IMG/VR virus record: IMGVR_UViG_3300016472_000577
Span: 1-39,658 of that record
Length of the DNA stretch: 39,658 nucleotides
Reading direction: 5' to 3' (one strand)
From: a virus
Lineage: Duplodnaviria > Caudoviricetes
The notes beneath the pieces are model-generated. The model was not told the DNA's origin, did no database searches, and saw nothing but the letters and a program-made list of their open reading frames with translations. Of the stretch, positions 18,044 through 27,071 are shown piece after piece; the stretch's first letter is position 1, and every line of letters starts with the position of its first letter. The position numbers and the translations under genes were made by a program.

Positions 18044-18187
18044 GTGATTGTAGGTTCTTCGGTTTCAACTGGCGGTTCGTGGCTGACCAGCAGTAGCGGC
18101 AGATTCTTGGAGTTCGCAATCCAAGTCTTTGATTTCGTCCTTGATTCGCTTACGAGAGGCAATCTGGATAACGACACGCTGGGGTAG
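18044..18187 (+). CDS. Small hypothetical virion peptide (47 aa)
   Basis: MIVGSSVSTGGSWLTSSSGRFLEFAIQVFDFVLDSLTRGNLDNDTLG; its FxLD...GxLD motif also occurs at both ends of 13234..14511. Confidence 0.5.
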   Translation: MIVGSSVSTGGSWLTSSSGRFLEFAIQVFDFVLDSLTRGNLDNDTLG

Positions 18188-18250
18188 TCAAAGGGGGTTG
18201 ATTTTGGGGTGGCGTCAACGGTTTTAGTGTGATAAGCACAGGAGACCGAC

Positions 18251-18520
18251 ATGAATCTTTGGAAATCGTTGAAGAAAGAACATCAAGACATGCTGAAGTC
18301 GTGGGCGAAAGTGTTTCTTGCCGCGACGACCGCTTTGTGGATGAGTGGCGAAACCGACTTTGATGCGATTGCTAAAGCGGGTGCGGCTGCGGTCATTCCG
18401 CTCATCATCACTTGGCTGGACCCGAACGATTACAGGTTCGGCAAAATGAAGGAACTGGCAAAGCCCGCCAAGTCCGTGAAATCAGCCGCGAGCACCAAGA
18501 AGTCTGCTCCAAAGCAGTAA
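18251..18520 (+). CDS. Holin
   Basis: Two hydrophobic helices, WLDPNDYRFG motif, basic tail; directly upstream of the endolysin. Confidence 0.72.
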   Translation: MNLWKSLKKEHQDMLKSWAKVFLAATTALWMSGETDFDAIAKAGAAAVIPLIITWLDPNDYRFGKMKELAKPAKSVKSAASTKKSAPKQ

Positions 18521-19029
18521 TGTCGCGTTTGGCGTTGCCGAAACGCAAGGTGGTGGTGCCGAAACCTTTGCGCGGGATTCGTCACGGGTTCGTCCCCGAC
18601 GAAATGCTGGTGGCGGTCAAGCCTTACGGGAAGTTGTATGTTGAGGCGGCGGCGGCGTGGGAGGCGATGCGACTCGCCGCTCGCGCTGACGGGGTGGTGT
18701 TGAAGCCAACTTCTTCTTACGACACTTACAGGTCTTATGACATGCAGGCGCGGGCATTTTTGCAGAGGTATCAACGCGAGCCGATTGTCGGGGCGTCTAC
18801 GAGAACTTGGGATGGTATGAAGTGGTACAAGAAGTCGGAGAAACTGGCGGATTTGGCGGCACCCGGTAAATCGTGGCACAACCTCGGTTTGGCTTGTGAT
18901 GTTGCCCACGCATCGGGCACAATCTTGGACTGGCTTATGGCTCACGAACTGAACTTTGGATTCTGCCACGAACTGGACAGCGAGCCGTGGCACATCGTTT
19001 TTTACGCGACTGCAGCAAAGAAAGCGTGA
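18520..19029 (+). CDS. Endolysin, M15 (VanY/D,D-peptidase-like) zinc peptidase
   Basis: YRSYDMQ, APGKSWHNLGLACD (SxH...D) and EPWH motifs; TAATG coupling to the holin. Confidence 0.85.
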   Translation: MSRLALPKRKVVVPKPLRGIRHGFVPDEMLVAVKPYGKLYVEAAAAWEAMRLAARADGVVLKPTSSYDTYRSYDMQARAFLQRYQREPIVGASTRTWDGMKWYKKSEKLADLAAPGKSWHNLGLACDVAHASGTILDWLMAHELNFGFCHELDSEPWHIVFYATAAKKA

Positions 19030-19033
19030 TGCG

Positions 19034-19258
19034 ATGGACATGGGCGTGGCGACCGTTGCTGGGGCGGCAATAGCGGCGTTCGGGGTGGTTCTTCAGCAGG
19101 TGGTGGCGAGCCGCAAGGAGCAGCGCAAGGACCACGGTGTCGTGCAGGAAAAACTGGACAATCTGAGCGTTTCTATGGACAGGGTTGAGGGGAAGGTTGA
19201 CAAGGTGGAGGACAAGGTGGACCAACACATCACCGACCACGCGAGGGGTGTCGTGTAA
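19034..19258 (+). CDS. Lysis-module membrane protein with coiled coil
   Basis: N-terminal TM, then RKEQRKDHG...KVDQHITDH coiled coil. Confidence 0.65.
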   Translation: MDMGVATVAGAAIAAFGVVLQQVVASRKEQRKDHGVVQEKLDNLSVSMDRVEGKVDKVEDKVDQHITDHARGVV

Positions 19259-19283
19259 AGTTTCCTCTACAGGAGGACCAGCC

Positions 19284-19586
19284 GTGCCACAATCTAAAGA
19301 GGTTGATTCGCCGTTGGGCGCCGAGTTGAGACAATCGCTTGATGCGAATGGTCGGCATCGCATGGAACAAATCTTGGATTCGTTGCCAGAGACCGACAGG
19401 GACGCTTTGAGCAAGGTGCTGAAAAAGATGCACGAGAAAAACGGCGACAAGTCGCTGCGGTCGGTGCCCCACTATTCGTACAAGTGGCTTGCGGAGACGC
19501 TCACCAAACACGGGCACGCAATCAACAAGCATCAGGTTCGGCATTACATGGTCAACATCTATGCGAAGGGTGCGGCAGGCAGATGA
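19284..19586 (+). CDS. Hypothetical protein (possible HTH) coupled to the phosphoesterase
   Basis: AGGAGG RBS before GTG 19284; ATGA overlap with the next gene. Confidence 0.65.
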   Translation: MPQSKEVDSPLGAELRQSLDANGRHRMEQILDSLPETDRDALSKVLKKMHEKNGDKSLRSVPHYSYKWLAETLTKHGHAINKHQVRHYMVNIYAKGAAGR

Positions 19587-20734
19587 CCCTTTCGGATGAG
19601 TTGTCGCAAACCCAGTTGAGCAAGAAAGACAAACTGGGAAAACTGATTGCTTTGCTTGAGCGGTCGGGGATTGAGGTTGACGACATTGGGCGAATCCAGA
19701 AACTCAGCGTGTGGCAGGGTTTTCTCAAGAACGACGAAGGTGAAGCGGAGATGGTGGATTTGGCGGCGGTGGTGCTATCGCCAGCATGGGCGGACGGTCC
19801 GCAGTATCCCGTGGTTCAGCAGGCGGCTCCGACCTTGGTGCGCCCCGTTTCGGCGAAACCCAAGACGACAGACAGCAAAGTGACGGTGGTGTTGCCCGAC
19901 CCGCAAATCGGGTTCAGGCGGATGACCGACGATGCTTTGGTGCCGATGCACGACGAGCAGGCGATGAGCGTCGCGCTACAGGTGATGCGATTCATACGAC
20001 CAGATTCGGTGGTGAACCTTGGCGATTTCATTGACCTGCCCGAGTGGTCATCAAAGTTTTTGGTGTTGCCAGAGTTCGTCCTGACGACTCAACCATCGGT
20101 GGACAGGGCGCACCGATTCCTCGCCGAGCAGCGGGCGGTGGTGGGTGAAGACGCCAAAATCGTGTTGATTGGCGGCAACCATGACGACCGTTTGCCGAAA
20201 GCGGTGGCACGCAACGCGATGGCGGCGATGCGACTCAGGCAGGCAAACATGCCCGACAGTTTCCCAGTGCTGTCGTTGCCTTTTCTTTTGCGGTTGGAAG
20301 AACTCAACATCTCGTATTTGGGTGCTTACCCAGCGTCGCGGTACAGGATTGCTCGGGGCGGCGACGGGCAAACCCCGTTGTATGCAATCCACGGTGAACG
20401 CTTGGATGTTGCCAAAGTCGCGAAGAACGAACGGCAGTCTTTCGTTCAAGGGCACATCCACAGGATTTCGGTGCATTCGGAAACCTACGAGGTCGCGGAT
20501 GCGATGGAACAGGTGGTGGCGTTCAGCCCCGGTTGTTTGTGCAGGGTGGATGGTGCGGTGCCGTCAACCAAGTCGGGTGTTGACGATGGTGGTATGCCGA
20601 TTCAACGATTTGAGTCGTGGCAACAAGGTCTGGCGGTCGTGACGGAGTTGCCGAGCGGTCGCTGGAGTTATGAGATTGTCCCAATCATCAAAGGCGAGGC
20701 GGTCTACCGTGGACGAGTATTCAGCGCTGCTTGA
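19583..20734 (+). CDS. Calcineurin-like metallophosphoesterase
   Basis: PDPQ, LGDFID, GNHD, HG and GHIHR motifs in canonical order. Confidence 0.85.
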   Translation: MTLSDELSQTQLSKKDKLGKLIALLERSGIEVDDIGRIQKLSVWQGFLKNDEGEAEMVDLAAVVLSPAWADGPQYPVVQQAAPTLVRPVSAKPKTTDSKVTVVLPDPQIGFRRMTDDALVPMHDEQAMSVALQVMRFIRPDSVVNLGDFIDLPEWSSKFLVLPEFVLTTQPSVDRAHRFLAEQRAVVGEDAKIVLIGGNHDDRLPKAVARNAMAAMRLRQANMPDSFPVLSLPFLLRLEELNISYLGAYPASRYRIARGGDGQTPLYAIHGERLDVAKVAKNERQSFVQGHIHRISVHSETYEVADAMEQVVAFSPGCLCRVDGAVPSTKSGVDDGGMPIQRFESWQQGLAVVTELPSGRWSYEIVPIIKGEAVYRGRVFSAA

Positions 20735-21002
20735 TTCGCTGGGCAGCGGCGACCTCAAGACCGTCGCTCGGGCGTGCATTGTGGTGTGGTACGACATTTA
20801 CGACCTTGACGAGGTGTGGTCGGAGTTCCCGTTGCAAGACCCAGCCGACGCGGAGCCGTTGGCAATGCACACGATGGGCTATCTGGTGCATGCGACCGAG
20901 AAAACAATCGTCGTGGCAAGCACGGTGGATTTCGGGCACAACCAGATGAGCCAAGTGTGCGTGATTCCGAAAGGTTGCATTCAGTCCATTCATGTCCTAT
21001 GA
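20709..21002 (+). CDS. Conserved phage hypothetical protein
   Basis: VVWYD...W...TMGYL...IVVAST...IPKGCIQSI pattern; start uncertain. Confidence 0.6.
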   Translation: MDEYSALLDSLGSGDLKTVARACIVVWYDIYDLDEVWSEFPLQDPADAEPLAMHTMGYLVHATEKTIVVASTVDFGHNQMSQVCVIPKGCIQSIHVL

Positions 21003-21026
21003 TGGTGTGAAACGACTGGAGGGCAA

Positions 21027-21350
21027 ATGGATTGGGCGGATTATGTTGACAAAAGAGACGAGTTCATAGCGAAATACGAGCGCACCGTGCTCGTCGCGCA
21101 TGTTTCGCAACCCAACGGCGAGTTGGCGCTGTGGGGACCGTTCTACGGCGGTGAAGAGGCGTTGGCGTGGATGACGCGATGCGTACCGAGCAGCGTTTGG
21201 GTGACCTTCGTGCCTTTGCGGCACAAGGAACACAAAGGCGAAAAGTCCGACTTCTACATCCCGAGCCGTTTCTTGAAGAAGGACGACTTCGCTACCGTGT
21301 CACACCCCCTTACTACCGTGGTAGCAAACGAAACAGGAGGAAACCAATGA
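21027..21350 (+). CDS. Hypothetical protein
   Basis: GGAGGG RBS; ATGA overlap with the exonuclease. Confidence 0.6.
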   Translation: MDWADYVDKRDEFIAKYERTVLVAHVSQPNGELALWGPFYGGEEALAWMTRCVPSSVWVTFVPLRHKEHKGEKSDFYIPSRFLKKDDFATVSHPLTTVVANETGGNQ

Positions 21351-22303
21351 CTTTTGTGATGGTGCCGAAACCCGCGCATGGCAGTCTTGAATGGCTAATC
21401 AACAGGTGGAAGTACGAGGGGCGCTGTGTGTTTGGCGCGTCGGATGTTCCCGCGCTGCTGGGCGTGTCGCCGTGGCGTACCCGCGGCGAGTTGTACTTTG
21501 ACAAGGTCACGATGCCGCAAGTCAAGGAGGAGACGGCGGCGATGCGACGGGGCAACATCCTTGAGGCGCCGCTTCTCGCGGAGGCGGGTCGCATCTTGGG
21601 TCGCGAGTTCGCGACGCCCGAGTTCCAATACCTGAAACAACGGTTGATGGTCTCGTTTGACGGTCTGCCCGCCGATGAGTTGGACAATCCCTCAATGGTG
21701 GTGGAGGTGAAGACCACGACCGCGCACACGATTGAATCGGGCGACGATTTGCCGCAAGATTGGCGTGCACAAGGCTGGGCACAGTCCGAGGTGCTCGGCG
21801 GCGTGCCCGTGGTCTTCGTGGTGTTGGACAAGCGGCAGAACATCTCGGTGGTGGAACTGCAAGACAACCCCGATGCGAGACAGTTCATTCTTGAAGAGAC
21901 GGAGCGTTTCGGCGAGCAGGTTGACAAGGGTGAGGGCGCTCAGGAGCACATCGCCGACTTGGACGCTGACCAAATCGCGACTTACTTCAAGGCGACCGAG
22001 CGGCAGTTGGACATTGGCGACGATTTGATGCGCTGGGTGATTGAACTGGAGAATGCGCGTAGCGCCAAGACCGAGGCGGAGAAGCAGGAAAAGACCGCCA
22101 AGGACGAGATTGCCAAGGCAATGCTGGATGCGACTGTGGCGCTGTTCCACGGCGAACCTGTGCTGTCGTGGAAAGAGACCGCGGGGAGGGAATCGTTTGA
22201 CGCCAAGGCGTTTGAGAAAGCGCATCCCGACCTTGCGCGTCAGTTCACCAAAATCACCGCCTCGTATCGGACGATGCGGCTCATAAATAAGAAAGGCAAA
22301 TAG
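21347..22303 (+). CDS. YqaJ/lambda-exonuclease-like recombination nuclease
   Basis: S.EWL..R...GASDV..LLG.SPW, RGN.LE, SFDG, EVKT and Q motifs; AGGAGG RBS before ATG 21347. Confidence 0.9.
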   Translation: MTFVMVPKPAHGSLEWLINRWKYEGRCVFGASDVPALLGVSPWRTRGELYFDKVTMPQVKEETAAMRRGNILEAPLLAEAGRILGREFATPEFQYLKQRLMVSFDGLPADELDNPSMVVEVKTTTAHTIESGDDLPQDWRAQGWAQSEVLGGVPVVFVVLDKRQNISVVELQDNPDARQFILEETERFGEQVDKGEGAQEHIADLDADQIATYFKATERQLDIGDDLMRWVIELENARSAKTEAEKQEKTAKDEIAKAMLDATVALFHGEPVLSWKETAGRESFDAKAFEKAHPDLARQFTKITASYRTMRLINKKGK

Positions 22304-22305
22304 AC

Positions 22306-22983
22306 ATGGCTATTTCAGACGATTATGTGACGGTGGCGGAGCGCATCGCTATCTTTCGGGAGAAGTATCCGCAAGGGTCATTGCGCCCGCTGAACCCCAA
22401 CAAGCCCTACGACATTGTCACCATCGGCGACAAAGTGTTCGTCGTGGTGGTCGCCGCGGCGTACAGGACGCCCGATGACCAAGCGGCAGGCGTCGGCATG
22501 GCGTGGGAGCCGTTCCCTGCGGCTCAACAGCAGTTGCGCGGCTCGGAGTTGATGGTGTGTGAATCGTCGGCGTGGGGTCGCGCCATCGTCGCCGCGTTGG
22601 CGGCGGACACGAAGCGGTCCATCGCGTCGGCGGAGGAGGTCACCAACCGTGGTGGAGCGTTGACGGCGGAGAAAGTCTCTACGATGTTCCCCAAGTCAAA
22701 GGTGGCGCCGTCCTCGGTCCGCCCTCCCTCCACTGGGGGCGGCGTCGCTTTGGCAACGCCGAAACAAATCAAGTTCATGGAGCGGCTCGCGGACGAACGC
22801 AACGCCGATGCGACCGCTTTGGCGTCGGAATCGCTCGGGCGGCTCGTTGAGTCGCTCGGTTCGTTGACCGCCAAGGAAGCGTCGTCGGTCATTGACGGCA
22901 TCCTCAACGGCGACGGTGCGCCAGCACCGAGGCAAGGGGCGAAGGTCGTGACGATTTCGCCGTCTGACGAAGAGCCGTTCTAG
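22306..22983 (+). CDS. Putative single-strand annealing protein (recombinase partner)
   Basis: Directly follows the exonuclease; DYVTVAERI, CESSAWGRA and ASAEEV motifs; SSB-like acidic tail DEEPF. Confidence 0.7.
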   Translation: MAISDDYVTVAERIAIFREKYPQGSLRPLNPNKPYDIVTIGDKVFVVVVAAAYRTPDDQAAGVGMAWEPFPAAQQQLRGSELMVCESSAWGRAIVAALAADTKRSIASAEEVTNRGGALTAEKVSTMFPKSKVAPSSVRPPSTGGGVALATPKQIKFMERLADERNADATALASESLGRLVESLGSLTAKEASSVIDGILNGDGAPAPRQGAKVVTISPSDEEPF

Positions 22984-23095
22984 TCGGTTGGTGGAGCGCG
23001 GCGCCGTGCATGCCGCGCCCCACCGATTGGCAACACTATGCTTGCCGCTCGTCGGCTGACGAAACAATACGGTTGAGAGTTTGAGGGATGGTCGC

Positions 23096-23818
23096 ATGTC
23101 CATAGAGGCAATCGTGTGGGTGTTGAACGAGGCTGAATGCGAATCGCCAACGGAGAAACTGGTGATGATTGCGCTGGCGAACCATGCGCGTCCCGATGGA
23201 ACCTCGGCGTTCCCCGCGGTCGCGACCATCGGCAGGTACACGATGCTGTCGGAGCGGGCAATCAGGGTGAACTTGCGGGAGTTGGAGCGCCGCGGACTGA
23301 TTCGGCGATGCGATGACCGCATCGTGGCGGCGTACATCTCTCGTGCGGACAAGCGACCTTTGGGCTACGACTTGATGATGGGCGGGGGGCATCGCGTGCC
23401 CCTCGCGAGCGAGCGGGGGGCATCTGACGACACGAGCGGGGGGCATCTGACGACCGAGCGGGGGGCACCAGATGCCCCCGAACCGTACAAGAACCGTACA
23501 AAGGAACCGTCCATTTTTATGTCCGAAGCGTTGAGATTGACGATGCTGTTGGCAGACCTTGTTGAGCACAACGGGTTTGACCGACCCGCGACGAACGACA
23601 AGGCGGTCGCGACGATGGAGCGGGCGTTGAGGATTGACGGTCGCACCGCGGAGGATTTGGAGGGGGCGATTCGGTGGGCGGCGGCTTCCGAGTTTTGGTC
23701 AATGAACATCCGCTCCACGGAGAAGTTGCGGCAACACTTTGACCGTCTTCGCGCCGAGGCGATGCGAACACGGTCGCGGTCGCAAGGCATCAGGGATTTT
23801 TTGGAGGGTGAAGAGTGA
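23096..23818 (+). CDS. Replication initiator (N-terminal HTH, lambda O-like organisation)
   Basis: KLVMIALANHA...AFPAVATI...SERAIR..LRELE winged HTH; C-terminal FWSMNIRS.EKLR..FD.L; internal iterons. Confidence 0.82.
   Translation: MSIEAIVWVLNEAECESPTEKLVMIALANHARPDGTSAFPAVATIGRYTMLSERAIRVNLRELERRGLIRRCDDRIVAAYISRADKRPLGYDLMMGGGHRVPLASERGASDDTSGGHLTTERGAPDAPEPYKNRTKEPSIFMSEALRLTMLLADLVEHNGFDRPATNDKAVATMERALRIDGRTAEDLEGAIRWAAASEFWSMNIRSTEKLRQHFDRLRAEAMRTRSRSQGIRDFLEGEE
23380..23512 (+). repeat. Iteron cluster / probable replication origin inside the initiator gene
   Basis: CGAGCGGGGGGCATCTGACGAC at 23410 and 23433, partial copies at 23380 and 23455, inverted AGATGCCCCCG at 23470, then GAACCGT three times (23480-23510). 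Confidence 0.75.
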
Positions 23819-24267
23819 GCGGATACGAGCCGAGATACGACAAGGACGGCAAACCGTACCAGCGTTTCAACTTCGCTGAAGATTTGGATTTCGGCGTGCA
23901 GGCGGAAGGTTTCGTGATGATGGTGTTTGACTCGTCGTGGGAGGTGAAAGCCGACAGGTATCGCAACGGTCGGATGGTGGTTGAAACGCACCAATGGGCG
24001 CAACGCAAGACCGATGAGAACGGCGAACCGATTTGGAAGCCGAGCGGAATAAATGTGACCGAGGCGGACTGGTGGGTCTATGTGTACGGGTTGAACGAAA
24101 GTTTCATCGTCGTGTCGGTGAAGCGCCTCAAACGATTCCTGTTGGCGAACCACGAGCGGTTGGAGGGCAAGAGCCTCGCCGCAAGTTCGGACAATCCTGC
24201 GGTTGGTTTCTTGTTGGAACCGAACGATGTGATGCGAGTGCTGTACGAAAAGGAGTGGGACGGATGA
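23815..24267 (+). CDS. Hypothetical protein, possible PD-(D/E)XK nuclease fold
   Basis: WEVKADR...VET...KPSGINVTEADWW pattern. Confidence 0.55.
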   Translation: MSGYEPRYDKDGKPYQRFNFAEDLDFGVQAEGFVMMVFDSSWEVKADRYRNGRMVVETHQWAQRKTDENGEPIWKPSGINVTEADWWVYVYGLNESFIVVSVKRLKRFLLANHERLEGKSLAASSDNPAVGFLLEPNDVMRVLYEKEWDG

Positions 24268-24812
24268 TGGAAAAACGGGAAACTGCCGCAATCTTGGCGT
24301 TGCTGGCGTCGGCTTACCCGCATGCGAAGGTCTCCAAGGAGACCGCGGCGCTGTACCACGAGGTCTGGAAAGATTTGAGTTATGAGGCGTGCAAGTCCGC
24401 CGTGGGGGCTTTGATTCGGACGGCGGAAATGTTCCCGTCAGCCGCCACCGTGCGCCGCGAGGCGCTACGGCAAAGCGGGATGTTGGCGCCGTCCGCGGCG
24501 GAGGCATGGTGGCAGGTGACGAGGCTCCTGCGCGAAATCGGCAGGTACGGGCGACCCGAGTTCGCCGACCCGACCGTCAAACGCGCCGTAGAGGCAATCG
24601 GTTGGCGCGAGATTTGTGACAGCGAGAATCAAGGAGTGTTGAGGGCGCACTTCATCAAGTTGTATGACAAACTGGCGGAAGAGCATGACAGGTCAGCGCT
24701 GTTGTCGGTCGTCGGAGAGTTGACCCGTGGCGATGCGACGAACAAGGCGCTTGGCTCGGGGCAAGCCGTTGAAGCGGACCGCTTTCAAGAGGAAGTCGCG
24801 ACCGACCGCTGA
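24264..24812 (+). CDS. Replicative helicase loader/inhibitor (G39P-like)
   Basis: ETAAILALLASAYP...W.DL.Y...FPS.A motif; downstream of the initiator. Confidence 0.75.
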   Translation: MMEKRETAAILALLASAYPHAKVSKETAALYHEVWKDLSYEACKSAVGALIRTAEMFPSAATVRREALRQSGMLAPSAAEAWWQVTRLLREIGRYGRPEFADPTVKRAVEAIGWREICDSENQGVLRAHFIKLYDKLAEEHDRSALLSVVGELTRGDATNKALGSGQAVEADRFQEEVATDR

Positions 24813-25047
24813 GTGGCGCAAGGCTCGCGGCGAAGTCATCAAACGCTGCGGTCAACAATGCGAAGCCCGAGTCAAGGGCTGCTGGGGTCAGGTTGACCAT
24901 GTGCACCACATCCTGCGGAGGTCTCAAGGCGGCGGAAACACGCCTGACAACCTCCTAGGCGTGTGTTTCTCGTGCCACGAGTGGATTCACGCCCACCCTC
25001 GGGAAGCGGCTCGCTTGGGGCTTCTCCGCCTTCGCAAGACCGAGTAG
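24733..25047 (+). CDS. HNH endonuclease
   Basis: CE...C...HVHHILRRSQGG...NLL.VC..CHEWIH. Confidence 0.85.
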   Translation: MRRTRRLARGKPLKRTAFKRKSRPTAEWRKARGEVIKRCGQQCEARVKGCWGQVDHVHHILRRSQGGGNTPDNLLGVCFSCHEWIHAHPREAARLGLLRLRKTE

Positions 25048-25056
25048 GGTCGTTGG

Positions 25057-25488
25057 ATGCCAGAAAACCAGCCCGTCACTGTCGTCGCCGAAATCAACGA
25101 CGAGGGTGAACTGGCGTACTCGTTCCATTTCAAGGCGCGACCGTGGACGGTCAACTCGGAGCGGGCAGGCAATCGTTGGACAAGAGCCAAGAACACGAAA
25201 GAATGGCGCACGGTGTTCGCTGATGCGACCAGACAGCACGGCTGTGTGCAGTTGACGCAAGCACGGGTCTCGGTGTTCCTTGAAATGAAAGGGCGGTTGC
25301 AGGACACGGGCGCGTGCATGCCCGCCGTCAAAGCGGCGATTGACGGCATGGTGGACGGCGGACTGTTCGCCGATGACACGGGTGAGCACCTTGAATCGCT
25401 TGAGTTCCACGCCCCGTCGCGGGCAAAAACTGATTTCATCACGATTCTGGTCGTCGGTTTCCCTGTCAATGACCCGATAACCGAGTGA
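25057..25488 (+). CDS. RusA-like Holliday junction resolvase
   Basis: QDTGACMPAVKAAIDGMVDGGLFADD matches D...K...D...DD. Confidence 0.72.
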   Translation: MPENQPVTVVAEINDEGELAYSFHFKARPWTVNSERAGNRWTRAKNTKEWRTVFADATRQHGCVQLTQARVSVFLEMKGRLQDTGACMPAVKAAIDGMVDGGLFADDTGEHLESLEFHAPSRAKTDFITILVVGFPVNDPITE

Positions 25489-25514
25489 TAGATTCATCGT
25501 CTTAGGAGGCGACC

Positions 25515-25772
25515 GTGCAAGAAATGGGAGAAGTGCTCATTGAGAATCTGGACGCCGACGCGGTGGATGACGACCTGAAGAAGGTCAAGTTGCTTACGCA
25601 GATGATGAGAGAGCACCAGAACTCGGTGGTGCGATTGGGCAAACAGCGTCGCGACATTGTCAGACGGCTTCGCAATAGGCGGGTGCCGTACAGGCAGATT
25701 GCCGACTGGTGCGGCGTCACCGACCAAGCACTGTTCGCGGACCTCCGCAAGCATCCGCAAAACGATGAGTAG
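25515..25772 (+). CDS. HTH DNA-binding protein
   Basis: VPYRQIADWCGVTDQAL; AGGAGG RBS. Confidence 0.75.
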   Translation: MQEMGEVLIENLDADAVDDDLKKVKLLTQMMREHQNSVVRLGKQRRDIVRRLRNRRVPYRQIADWCGVTDQALFADLRKHPQNDE

Positions 25773-26109
25773 GTCGCAACCGATTTCGCTCGTGGATGTG
25801 GAGGGCGAGATGATGCGACTGGTCGCCCGATTGGAGACGGAGACCGAGAAGTTTGAGGGGTTCGCCGTGGACGCGGCAAACAAAGAGGCGGCTTTCAAGA
25901 GCGTGTGGGCAAAGATGTATCTGACGGTCAGCGGCACGATTCGCGACAGGGAAGCGCAGGCTGACAACGCATGCGGGGAAGCGTTCGCCGACTACAAGAT
26001 TGCGGAGGCGCTCGTCAAGTCAAGCCGCGAGACCCTGCTGTTCCTTCGCACATCCATTGACGCGCTGAGGTCGCTCAACGCGAATGTGAGATACCAAACC
26101 AACGATTAG
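25765..26109 (+). CDS. Conserved helical phage protein
   Basis: ATG 25765 overlaps the previous gene; ends in IDALRSLNANVR. Confidence 0.65.
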   Translation: MSRSQPISLVDVEGEMMRLVARLETETEKFEGFAVDAANKEAAFKSVWAKMYLTVSGTIRDREAQADNACGEAFADYKIAEALVKSSRETLLFLRTSIDALRSLNANVRYQTND

Positions 26110-26570
26110 TGGTACCTGCCCGAGCCGTTGCATCGGGCGCAAGTCCAGCCAGTGTGGAGCCACGCATCGCTTCCGCCTGCACCGTGGCATCGCGGGCAGA
26201 TGTTTCGGTCTTTGTACTCTTGCAGGTCCTTGCGGCGCTGTGCGCGGTCCGCAGCCATCGCCAGTTGCGCCCGTTTTCTGTTCTCGGCTATCTGCTCGGG
26301 GGTCGGCAAGTTCGCCGCGTGCTCCGCCCGCTCCTGCAAGCGCAACTCCTCCAGATTCGCGAACTCCGTCCCGAGAATCGCGTTGACTCGGCTCCAACAG
26401 ACCGCCCAACGCTTGACGGTCAGCGAAAACTTTTCGCGCAACGATTCGGGCACATCCTCGCGGCTGACTGGCTCGGTGCAGAAAACCTCGCCGCTTTCGT
26501 AGAGACCAGCACCAGCGGGCACGAAAATGCCGCAACCGTAGCAGGTTCCTTTGTAGCGGTTCGCTGTCAC
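26106..26570 (-). CDS. Zinc-finger protein (N-terminal CxxC, C-terminal CxxCxGxG twice); only convincing leftward gene
   Basis: NRYKGTCYGCG...CPRCHGAGG...CARCNGSG; GTG start 6 nt after a -10 box, so probably leaderless. Confidence 0.75.
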   Translation of the reverse strand: MTANRYKGTCYGCGIFVPAGAGLYESGEVFCTEPVSREDVPESLREKFSLTVKRWAVCWSRVNAILGTEFANLEELRLQERAEHAANLPTPEQIAENRKRAQLAMAADRAQRRKDLQEYKDRNICPRCHGAGGSDAWLHTGWTCARCNGSGRYH

Positions 26571-26576
26571 GGCTAC

Positions 26577-26605
26577 AGTGTATCCCATCCCTGTCACATT
26601 GTCAA
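26577..26605 (-). promoter_or_regulatory. Leftward promoter
   Basis: TTGACA-17 bp-TACACT on the minus strand. Confidence 0.8.
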
Positions 26606-26649
26606 GCCGAATGCCACCGAAAATCTTTACAAAAAATCAACCCGAACAC

Positions 26650-26678
26650 TTGACAACGGGGCACCCGTGGGATACGAT
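26650..26678 (+). promoter_or_regulatory. Rightward early promoter
   Basis: TTGACA-17 bp-TACGAT with an A-rich upstream tract. Confidence 0.8.
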
Positions 26679-26684
26679 GAAGGC

Positions 26685-27071
26685 GTGGGAAAGGAGACCA
26701 CCATTAGCACCACCAAAACCAAGCAAGATTTCCGCCTCATCTACGAGGAGGCTGACCGCGCTGGCGTCGCCGCCGTCGCGGCGATGACGCCCACGCCGAT
26801 GATTGTCGTGGACTCAAAGGGCAAGGAGTACTTCGTCGGTGACGGGGTCTGCGGATTCGCGTGGGTCAACATCAAGCCCGCACGCGGCGGATTCGTCGCC
26901 TACCTGAAGAGCCAAGGCATCGGACGCCACGACTCCTACGAGGGCGGCTGGACGATGTGGGTCCACGAGTACGGGCAGTCAATGGAACGCAAACAGGCTT
27001 ACGCCGCGGCTTTCGCCCAAGTGCTCCGAGGACACGGCATCAACGCCTACGCCCAAGCGAGGATGGACTAA
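26685..27071 (+). CDS. Conserved phage hypothetical protein (CGFAWV family)
   Basis: DGVCGFAWVNIKP...QSMERKQAYA.AFA.VL...GI; start is either leaderless GTG 26685 or ATT 26703 after GGAAAGGAG. Confidence 0.75.
   Translation: MGKETTISTTKTKQDFRLIYEEADRAGVAAVAAMTPTPMIVVDSKGKEYFVGDGVCGFAWVNIKPARGGFVAYLKSQGIGRHDSYEGGWTMWVHEYGQSMERKQAYAAAFAQVLRGHGINAYAQARMD

Noticed and set aside
26109-26684. N-terminal extension of the 320-aa + strand ORF 26109..27071
   Set aside because: It overlaps the convincing minus-strand zinc-finger gene and two divergent promoters; the real gene starts at about 26685.
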